Assembly (NCBI GenBank): GCA_030603385.1
Contig: JAUVXW010000027.1
Location: 1 to 62,666, forward strand
Source: Promethearchaeota archaeon
GTDB taxonomy: Archaea; Asgardarchaeota; Lokiarchaeia; Sigyniarchaeales; SOKP01
Direction of reading: 5' to 3'
Length of the DNA stretch: 62,666 nt
Part shown: in pieces, positions 10,227 to 18,119 of the stretch
How the letters are laid out: each line of letters starts with the position of its first letter
Position numbering within the stretch: position 1 is the stretch's first letter
Position numbers and translations under genes: made by a program
The notes under the pieces: model-generated
Databases searched by the model: none
Seen by the model: only the letters and a program-made list of their open reading frames with translations
Told to the model about the DNA's origin: nothing

Positions 10227-11009
10227 TTACTCTTTAATTTTTGTCCTCTCGATCTCTTGTCTTAGTTTCTCTTTTTCAATCTCTGGTCCCACTTCGACTA
10301 ATTTACCATTTACATAGATTCCTCTAGAAAGACCATGTTGTTGTAGATTTGATAGGTTATCAACAGAAAATTCATTAAGTACAACTTTACCTTTATATTC
10401 TAGAACCACATCTCTTACTCTTTGTGCTTCCACATCGCTAGTCAAACAAAAAGTATTCCAAAATAGATCTACAACGACTTTTCCTTGTACTGGTTGAAAT
10501 TCATAATTTACTTGCCTAAATTGAGGTGATTCAGCACTAGGATCAAATTGTTTCCATAGTATTGCTACTTCACCTCTTTTGGTTGCTATTTTATATCCAA
10601 GTTTAATAAAGAATTTAGCCGGCATAAACCAAAAATCCCAAAAATATCCAATTGTTGCAATACCTTTACGTTGTTGTTTTAGAGTTTCTTCCTCTGCCGT
10701 TTTGATTAATTGTTTTCCCACACCTTTTAGGGAGAACTTGGATTGCGAAACTAAACATGGAAAAACCATTAATTCTTTCCCTTGGATTTGCCATGGATTT
10801 ATTTCAATAGGCATAACATATATGAAGCCTGCATGAACATCATCTAATAAAGCCACTTTTGTTCTCAAACCATGTTGTTCCATGCGTTTAAGCCAGGTTA
10901 ATCGACGAGGAGCAGACATTTCATATTCTTCGTTATTTTCATTTACATGAGTACATGTACCAACATAATATTCATCATTCTTGGTCATATCTCGAATAAT
11001 TACACCCAC
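10227..11009 (-). CDS. GNAT N-acetyltransferase with C-terminal thioredoxin-like (YoaP-like) region
   Basis: AGFIYVMP, KGVGKQLI acetyl-CoA motif, FFIKLGY, GIYVNGK. Confidence 0.7.
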   Translation of the reverse strand: MGVIIRDMTKNDEYYVGTCTHVNENNEEYEMSAPRRLTWLKRMEQHGLRTKVALLDDVHAGFIYVMPIEINPWQIQGKELMVFPCLVSQSKFSLKGVGKQLIKTAEEETLKQQRKGIATIGYFWDFWFMPAKFFIKLGYKIATKRGEVAILWKQFDPSAESPQFRQVNYEFQPVQGKVVVDLFWNTFCLTSDVEAQRVRDVVLEYKGKVVLNEFSVDNLSNLQQHGLSRGIYVNGKLVEVGPEIEKEKLRQEIERTKIKE

Positions 11010-11221
11010 TTATTTCACCATGATAAGTATACAGCTTATATAATTAAATTAATATCTCTACCATTGAAAAATTTATCATTAAAGTTTATTAGTGAACTTA
11101 ATTAAAGTAGATGATTTCCATTGAGACAAAATAATTGAATTCTTGAAAGTCTTGAGAGAATATGCTTTTACCATGAAAAAAGAATTTAGTGCAGTAAAGG
11201 AAACTAATAACATGTTGATTT

Positions 11222-12514
11222 TTAATCGACTTTAGCTCCGCAAATTGGGCAGTTATTAGTATTTTGGAGTGTAGTACCACAGATTTTACATAATTTAATT
11301 GATCCTACTCCTCTTTTTCTTGGTGGTTTTAAAGTAGTAATGGAAACTGGCTTTTCCACCCCTTTAATCGGTTGTTGAGTTTCAGCTGTAGGTTTCGACT
11401 CCTTTTTCAACTTAATCTCAATTTCCTTACCAAAGAATCCTCCAACTTTTAATTTTGTTGTGGCATCTGGGGGAGGAGTAGGTGGTTTTAATCCTTCTAG
11501 ACTGACTTCTTCTTCAAGCTGTTCTTGTTCGTATTCTACTTCTTCAGATTCGGGTGGAATCACTCTTTCTGTTTCGATCTCTGGGTATTCTTCCTCTAAT
11601 TCTTCTTCATAGATCATATTGACATATTCCTCATCTAATTTTAACAAAGTTTCACATTGAGGACATCTGTATATATGTTTAAACCCTATATTCTTAGCAA
11701 GCGAGTATCTTGCGGCACAACAACTATGAAACTTAGCACTACAGTTAAAACACTTATGTATCTCATCAGAATGAGCCTCACAAATAGGGCATAATTCTTG
11801 TTCACATATTGTACATATTTCTTCATCATCAGGTGACAAACTTATAAGATCAACTGCAAGTCGTTCATAAAATACCTTATCTTCTGCTAAAACATGATCT
11901 ATTTCATCGGTTTTTATCACTTTAAATTCTTTTTTATTTTGAACTAGGGCCCCTAAAATATTTTGCAAGAGTTTTTCATCTTGGCAATAGAACATGCCAC
12001 CATGGGTTTCACTAGAAATAATCTTGAGTTTTACATCATCTTCATAAAACTTTTCATTTCCGACTCGAATTATGTCAATAAAAGCAGAAAATTTTTTCGC
12101 TTTAATTAGTAAATCGTAAAGCGCGTTATAATAATCTTCAGATAATTTACTAGGTGTATCTGAAATAATAATAACACGATAATTTTTCCTAGATTCTCTG
12201 CTTTTTCTAAAAATATAGGCTAGGATTTCATATAATCCATTCTCTAAATAACTTTGAGCTGTTTCTCGTGTGCCCCATGCGTCATTAATTGCATTTAATA
12301 CGCTGTCAGAATCTTTTATATCATATTCATTTATTGGATTTTCATTCTTTTGGAAGATTACAACCCCATAGGAACTTAAAGCGTTAAATTTATCTTTTTC
12401 TTTAATGAAAGAATTAATTGCTTTCATTAACGATTTTTTCTTAAGAAAATCTGAGATAAGATCGATATAAAATATGAATTCCTCTGAATTTATTGAGTCC
12501 GAACGGGTTAACAT
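11222..12514 (-). CDS. vWA domain + RING/PHD-like zinc finger + C-terminal zinc ribbon protein (paralog A)
   Basis: FYIDL, VIIISDTP, IDIIRVG, ETHGGMFY (vWA pattern); CxxCx4CxxC...CxxCxxxFHxCC...CPxC; terminal CKIC...CPIC. Confidence 0.7.
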   Translation of the reverse strand: MLTRSDSINSEEFIFYIDLISDFLKKKSLMKAINSFIKEKDKFNALSSYGVVIFQKNENPINEYDIKDSDSVLNAINDAWGTRETAQSYLENGLYEILAYIFRKSRESRKNYRVIIISDTPSKLSEDYYNALYDLLIKAKKFSAFIDIIRVGNEKFYEDDVKLKIISSETHGGMFYCQDEKLLQNILGALVQNKKEFKVIKTDEIDHVLAEDKVFYERLAVDLISLSPDDEEICTICEQELCPICEAHSDEIHKCFNCSAKFHSCCAARYSLAKNIGFKHIYRCPQCETLLKLDEEYVNMIYEEELEEEYPEIETERVIPPESEEVEYEQEQLEEEVSLEGLKPPTPPPDATTKLKVGGFFGKEIEIKLKKESKPTAETQQPIKGVEKPVSITTLKPPRKRGVGSIKLCKICGTTLQNTNNCPICGAKVD

Positions 12515-12670
12515 CTTCGTATCTAATTATTATTATATGAGTCTATGAAAAATATCCTTAAATTATAAAGAAATAATGTTAGAAGTTGTATTTATTTTTA
12601 TTTATTATATTTCTGATTTACGTTAAATTTTATTTAACAATAGTATTATCAAAAATTTATTATTAAAACT

Positions 12671-14020
12671 TCATAATATCCTAAACCCACAATTCGGACA
12701 TTTTTTCTCTTGGTTAGGATTTACTTGTGTTCCACATTGTTGACAAATTACAAAATTAGGTAGTTTTTTTGTTCTGTTAGGAGAAGGTCTCACAATTTTT
12801 AATTTACCAGGACTTGTGGTATTAGATTTGAAAGTCGCTTGTTTTGACACTCTTTCATAGACAATCTTATCACCAATTTTTTTAACTGTGTATGCTTTCC
12901 CAAAAAATCCCCCAATATGGAGTGTTTTTATGACTTCACCTTCAGTATCAAAATTATTAGTGCCCGGTATTGAATTTAATTTTTCACTTTCAATTTGTGT
13001 AATAGTAGAGGTAGATTTTGGTAGGGGTTTCACTTTAGAAAGTCGTTTAGGAATTTGATCTAATACCTCTTTTGCCATGAAATCTTTAACTGTTTTCACT
13101 TCTACTTCCCCAGAAACTTCAATAATTTCATCTTCATCTATTTTAATGAGTACATCGCATTTTTTATTAGGACAACGTAAAATATTTGGAATGCCAATAT
13201 TGTGGTTTATAGTGTAATTTGTAATGCAACAATTGTGAAAACTAGTATTACAATCCTCACAAATTAATGGTATATCATATATATCAGTGCAAATTGGGCA
13301 TAATTCCTCATTACAAAAGTGACACACTAATTTTTCCATCGTTGCTTCCGATTTTTTTAAGGATTTAGCCAAATGGTTATAAAATGCATAATCTTCCTTA
13401 CTTATCATGATACGATCTGGTTGATCAACAAAAGTGCTTGTAAATTGTTTGGATTTTACTAATTTTCTTATAATATCAGTAAATTCCTTTTTATCCCTGG
13501 TATAAAATATTGATCCACGAGTGTCAGCCGCTAGCATATTTAATTTTACATCATCGCTGAAAAATCGTGTATCACCTTCAGAAATGCGAATAATGTCAAT
13601 AAATGTTGGGAAATTTTTTATTTTTGAAACAAGACTAAATAGAGCTTCTTGGTAGTCTTCCGACAAATCAGATGGAGTATCTGTTATTACTATTATTCTA
13701 CTAAATTTAGATTTTTTTCTAACTGTCTCAGCTATGTAAGAAAAAATATAGAACAAACCATTTTCAAAGAAACTTTGCTTTTTTGGTCGAAGTCTCCAGT
13801 TTTCTTCAATAGAATTTGTAATTATCCCAGCATCTTTTTTATCAGTAATAAATATTGGATTCCCTTCTTCTTGGAAAATAAGCAGAGAATAATGGCTATT
13901 TATATTTATTTTATTTTTCTCCTCAATGTAATATTTTATAGCTTTTACAATTTCTTTTTTTTTAAGTAGATCTTTTGTTAAATCTAAGTAAAAATACACA
14001 TCTTCTTTCATTTTCTTCAC
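12671..14020 (-). CDS. vWA domain + RING/PHD-like zinc finger + C-terminal zinc ribbon protein (paralog B)
   Basis: Same architecture and shared motifs as 11222-12514 (ENGL, DTPS, IDIIR, DDVKL, ELCPIC, FHxCC, GGFFGK). Confidence 0.7.
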   Translation of the reverse strand: MKKMKEDVYFYLDLTKDLLKKKEIVKAIKYYIEEKNKININSHYSLLIFQEEGNPIFITDKKDAGIITNSIEENWRLRPKKQSFFENGLFYIFSYIAETVRKKSKFSRIIVITDTPSDLSEDYQEALFSLVSKIKNFPTFIDIIRISEGDTRFFSDDVKLNMLAADTRGSIFYTRDKKEFTDIIRKLVKSKQFTSTFVDQPDRIMISKEDYAFYNHLAKSLKKSEATMEKLVCHFCNEELCPICTDIYDIPLICEDCNTSFHNCCITNYTINHNIGIPNILRCPNKKCDVLIKIDEDEIIEVSGEVEVKTVKDFMAKEVLDQIPKRLSKVKPLPKSTSTITQIESEKLNSIPGTNNFDTEGEVIKTLHIGGFFGKAYTVKKIGDKIVYERVSKQATFKSNTTSPGKLKIVRPSPNRTKKLPNFVICQQCGTQVNPNQEKKCPNCGFRIL

Positions 14021-14082
14021 ATTAAATTGATAAAAATCCGGAGAGAACAGTTATTTTCTTATTGATCATAATAATAAAACCT

Positions 14083-14133
14083 CCTTAAAATTTTTTTGAA
14101 AAGATAAAAACCTTAAAATTTTTTAGAAAAGAT
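14083..14133. repeat. 23-bp direct repeat x2 (1 mismatch, 28-bp period) in a divergent promoter region
   Basis: ccttaaaatttttttgaaaagat (14083-14105) and ccttaaaattttttagaaaagat (14111-14133). Confidence 0.8.
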
Positions 14134-14176
14134 TAAGAAAAATATAATATATGTGAAGTATGTTGGTGATAAATAG

Positions 14177-16162
14177 ATGGAGGATTTTTTAAAAAAATTA
14201 CAGCTTTCTAATCAAGCAATCAAGATTTACCTAAAATCATTAGGAAAATCTCCTCTTACATATTATGAATTATACTCAATAATTCCAAAATTATCTCAAG
14301 ATGAATTTGAAGAAAATCTGACTCAGCTAATAAATGGAGGGTTATTAATTCAATTAATTCCTCAAAAACAAGAGATATTATTACATTATTTAGCAATTCC
14401 CCCAATTCTTCCGATCATAAATTACTATGAAAATATAAATGCAAATTTAGATGGTATAAAAGAAGCAATTCGAGAATTATTGGTTAAAACTGTAAATCAG
14501 ACTTTTCAGCAAAATAATGTTATCCAATTAGATGCAATTCTTAATTCATTCCAAGAATCGAGAAAAGATATTGAAGAAGATACAATCATTCAAAAGCAAG
14601 AAATAGAAGATATTGTAAAAGGAATGGAAGAATTAAAAAATTTAAGTAAGGATATCTCCGAATTAGATCAGCAAATAAAAATAGTAACACAAACTAATTA
14701 TGCTAATTTAATGAAAAAAATCTCAGGGATTAAATCAGAAATAACTAGTGAAATCAACGCATTAGAATTTAAAAAGCATAAAGAAGAAGTTATCATTATT
14801 ATTGAGCAAACTTTTAAAGAAAAACTAGATAGAATGGTGCAAGAGTTTTCTATGGAATTGCAGGAGTCAATTGAAGAAAAATTTGCAACAACCGCTAAAC
14901 CAATAGAAAAATTGATAAATGCTACATTCCAATATCGTGATGATTTTAAATTGATTCTTCTTAACATGTTAAATAATTTTGAAACTAAAATGAATAAAAT
15001 TCACGAATTGATTAAAGAAAATAAGGATTTCCTTTCTACAGAAATGAATAATCTTGAAATAAAGTTGAGTGAAAATTTAAATACAGTTATTCAAAATTCA
15101 ATAAATGAAGTTTCAGGTTTGAATAGACCTGTAGAAAAACTCATGAAAGAATATTTCCAAGAGATGAGGTCTTCTGAAAAATTACAAATAGAAAATATTT
15201 GGTCTGTCAATAGCCTTACAAAAATTAATGAAGAAATACAAAAAATTATTACGACTACTAAGGAGGAATTGACAATCATAATTCCGCAACTTGAGAATCA
15301 TCTAGCAGTTGAACAGTTTGAAAAAATCCCAAGAAGTTTAAAAATAAAAATTGCATCATCAGAACCACATACAAATAGCAGTGTTAAGAAATTCAGTTCT
15401 ATTACAAATGTAATATATAAAACTCTCGAAAACGAGAATTTAATCGCTTTAAAGGGTGATGACACTCAAATTACTATTGGTGTTATTCAACAAGACGCAA
15501 AGGATACGTTAAATGACTTTATTGGAATAGGTAGCAATTTCAAACCATTAATAGAATTGTTAAGTCCAATAGTACAAAAAGCATGGGAAAATGCCTATTC
15601 GGATACATTCTATGCTTCACAGAAAGCCCAAACTCCTGTAAGTAAGCCTAAGGCTGTTAAAAAAGCAGAATCAGAAGCATTTAAGAAGATTAAACCAATA
15701 ACAACGCCTAAATTTCAATCTGTAAAGACAGAACAAAAACCAGCTAAAGTTAAGGATGGAAAATCTCTAAAAACTGAAAAAGGAACTATTACTGTACCAC
15801 AAACAATACCATCCAGTTTATCTAAATCTCAAGAGCAAATTGAAGAAATAAAACAAAAATTACAGGAAAAAATTAAATTTGTATCAGCAACCACCAGAAA
15901 AAAAGGAGATGAAGCTGGTGTATTAATCAACACTGCCTTTAATAACTTGGTTCAAAAATTACATAATATAAAAGGAGAACAATTTAGTGAAGAACTCCAA
16001 AAAATCGCTGATCTTGTTCTTGAAAAAAGAGGATTTTCTGTTACTTTACATAAATTAAGAAGCTTAATAAATCAATATAGATTCAGTGACAATTCTTTAA
16101 ATGAAAACGATACAAAACAAATTATCGAGAACATAGAAAGCTGGAAGGAAAAACTGATTTAA
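14177..16162 (+). CDS. TrmB-like wHTH + long coiled coil + PLD-like (TrmB effector-type) domain protein
   Basis: N-terminal LQLSNQAIKIYL...LINGGL...YLAIPP (TrmB wHTH pattern); coiled coil; EELTIIIP...KIKIASS domain; low-complexity linker. Confidence 0.6.
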   Translation: MEDFLKKLQLSNQAIKIYLKSLGKSPLTYYELYSIIPKLSQDEFEENLTQLINGGLLIQLIPQKQEILLHYLAIPPILPIINYYENINANLDGIKEAIRELLVKTVNQTFQQNNVIQLDAILNSFQESRKDIEEDTIIQKQEIEDIVKGMEELKNLSKDISELDQQIKIVTQTNYANLMKKISGIKSEITSEINALEFKKHKEEVIIIIEQTFKEKLDRMVQEFSMELQESIEEKFATTAKPIEKLINATFQYRDDFKLILLNMLNNFETKMNKIHELIKENKDFLSTEMNNLEIKLSENLNTVIQNSINEVSGLNRPVEKLMKEYFQEMRSSEKLQIENIWSVNSLTKINEEIQKIITTTKEELTIIIPQLENHLAVEQFEKIPRSLKIKIASSEPHTNSSVKKFSSITNVIYKTLENENLIALKGDDTQITIGVIQQDAKDTLNDFIGIGSNFKPLIELLSPIVQKAWENAYSDTFYASQKAQTPVSKPKAVKKAESEAFKKIKPITTPKFQSVKTEQKPAKVKDGKSLKTEKGTITVPQTIPSSLSKSQEQIEEIKQKLQEKIKFVSATTRKKGDEAGVLINTAFNNLVQKLHNIKGEQFSEELQKIADLVLEKRGFSVTLHKLRSLINQYRFSDNSLNENDTKQIIENIESWKEKLI

Positions 16163-16198
16163 AAAATCTTACCAAAATCAAAGATTATTCTTATCGAT

Positions 16199-16972
16199 TT
16201 ATTTTTTGGATATTCTCCTTTTTTGAGAATATAAAAAGAATCCTCGTATGATAAAACTCAGAGCAATTATGAAAGTTATTAAAAAGAAAACAGAGACAAT
16301 CATTGAAATTAAAAAGTCAGGATTTAAAATCCCAATAATACCAAAAATTGGGCATAGGGGGGCAATAATTAGAAAGAGGGTATAAATAGTTTTATCTTTT
16401 TCACCGAAATTGATATAAGTAGTAATATTAAACCATGCAATCAGAATCATAAAAATAGGGATTAAATATGAAGCAAATTCTGGAAAAGGATATGTGATAC
16501 CTCCCATTCCAAAAGCATAAAAATAATTGGCATAGAAATATACAATTAGTAGTAAAGCACTAATAGGAGTTGGCACTCCCGTGTATCCAGGAACTTCAGA
16601 TATATTGAATCGTGCTAATCTAAGTATTGCTCCAATAGCAAAGCAAATTGCACCAATTATTAGAATTATATCAAATAAACTATCAGTTTTAAAACTTTGG
16701 TAAGTTAATACTGCTGGTGCGATACCGAATGTTAATGAATCGCTTAATGAATCCAACTCCTTTCCTAATTGGTTCACTGTGTTTGTTTTACGAGCAATAT
16801 AACCATCAATCATATCTGTACCTGTTGAGATAGAAATTAAAAAAAAACCTAAAGAAAGTATGGCACGATCACCAATACATGCACAAATTAACGCAATTAT
16901 TCCAAGACTTGTTCCTATAAAAGTTATATAGTCTTTTAGTTTTAACAGCTGTGGAATCTTAATACTTGACAT
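16199..16972 (-). CDS. pssA: CDP-alcohol phosphatidyltransferase, PssA-like (archaetidylserine/phosphatidylserine synthase)
   Basis: DMIDGYIAR...GKELDSLSDSLTFGIAPA, LRLARFN, GVPTP. Confidence 0.8.
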   Translation of the reverse strand: MSSIKIPQLLKLKDYITFIGTSLGIIALICACIGDRAILSLGFFLISISTGTDMIDGYIARKTNTVNQLGKELDSLSDSLTFGIAPAVLTYQSFKTDSLFDIILIIGAICFAIGAILRLARFNISEVPGYTGVPTPISALLLIVYFYANYFYAFGMGGITYPFPEFASYLIPIFMILIAWFNITTYINFGEKDKTIYTLFLIIAPLCPIFGIIGILNPDFLISMIVSVFFLITFIIALSFIIRGFFLYSQKRRISKK

Positions 16973-17128
16973 TCTCTTTTCCTAATTGTTTAATATTAAT
17001 ATTAATATTAAATAAACCTTATTCAATTAAAACATTTTGATAAGAATAACCGCAAAATCTTTTTTCACTAAACTTTATTAAAATAAGTCACTATTTTTAC
17101 CATAAATAAATTAAAAAGAGATGATCAA

Positions 17129-17884
17129 ATGTATTGTAAGGATTGTGGTGCTGAAATAAAAGATCCGGAGCATCAGAAATTTTGCGAAAAGTGTGGTTCA
17201 ACAATATCCTCTAATCAGAGACAGAGTGAAGATGTTTCTACACCATCAACAACGGCACCATCAACAACGGCACCATCAACAACTCTGGGTTTTCAACCAT
17301 ATGATCGCCCTGGTGGATTGTTTGATATTAACCGCAGCTATTATATTCTCAAAGAGAAATACTGGGATATTTAAATCCTCTCCAGATTTAGACCCAAATG
17401 GGGTAGCGGTGATATCTTAGATGAAAATAATCAAGTAATAGGAAAGATGAAAAGAGTTATCTTAAGCATAAGACGCAGAGTCGAATTACTTGAATTAGAT
17501 GGCACTATTGCAGCTACTATTCACTCCAAGATTATATCAGCTCGAGGTGCGCAGGATTTAAAAGATCCGTATGGAAATATGATAGCAAGAATTAAAAAAA
17601 AAATAACTTCCATTTTCCGTCCGAAATTTTTCTTGGAAGATGTTAATGGCAGGAGATTTTTCGAAGCTCAAGGAAAATTTATGGGTTGGTCTTATAAAGT
17701 AACTGACATGTCTGGGAAATTAATCGCAGAAATTGAGAAAGCTGACAGGTGGAGAGATATTTTTCTTGGCGGATTATTGGATTATAAGGATACATATGCA
17801 TTAAGGATACTTGATAACGAGACAGATAGAAGGATCTTGCTAGGATTTGTGCTCTCTATTGATAATGTTCTTCATGACTACTGA
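17129..17884 (+). CDS. Zinc-ribbon + LURP-one/scramblase (tubby C-like) protein; predicted spliced product 241 aa (exons 17129-17368 and 17399-17884)
   Basis: Track ORFs 17129-17374 and 17447-17884 share one frame. Removing 17369-17398 gives YYILKEKYWD|WGSGDILDENNQVIGKMKR, a typical LURP-one first strand; C-terminal DTYAL...LGFVLSID. Confidence 0.8.
17241..17283 (+). repeat. 15-bp coding tandem repeat (PSTTA), about 2.9 copies
   Basis: caccatcaacaacgg caccatcaacaacgg caccatcaacaac. Confidence 0.9.
17369..17398 (+). other. Candidate 30-nt bulge-helix-bulge (BHB) mRNA intron
   Basis: UGGG(17363-66)/CCCA(17393-96) 4-bp helix; 3-nt bulges AU^A and AA^U; 8-bp intron stem UUUAAAUC/GAUUUAGA; contains in-frame TAA. 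Confidence 0.8.
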
Positions 17885-18119
17885 TTAATTCCAACATTTT
17901 TTTTTTAACAATTAAAAATGAATTGTTCTACCGAAAAATTATCAAAAAACAATGTACTTCATACATACTAATTTTGTTTTTTCGCTAAATTTTTATAAAT
18001 GTAATTTATATTTTCTTTAATTAACTCATTTGAAAAGAAATTTTGAATAGAATTGAATAAATTTTCATACACTTATTAAACTTATAAAAAATACCAATGA
18101 ATATCCACATTGTAGAAAA

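Noticed and set aside
17372-17374. Stop-codon readthrough or Sec/Pyl recoding as the explanation for the split scramblase-like gene
   Set aside because: The stop is TAA, not TGA or TAG. Readthrough would leave 10 extra residues in a predicted beta-strand region, whereas the BHB cut sites remove them exactly.
17193-17420. Alternative-frame ORF with HHQQRHHQQR repeats
   Set aside because: Out-of-frame reading of the PSTTA repeat within the real gene.
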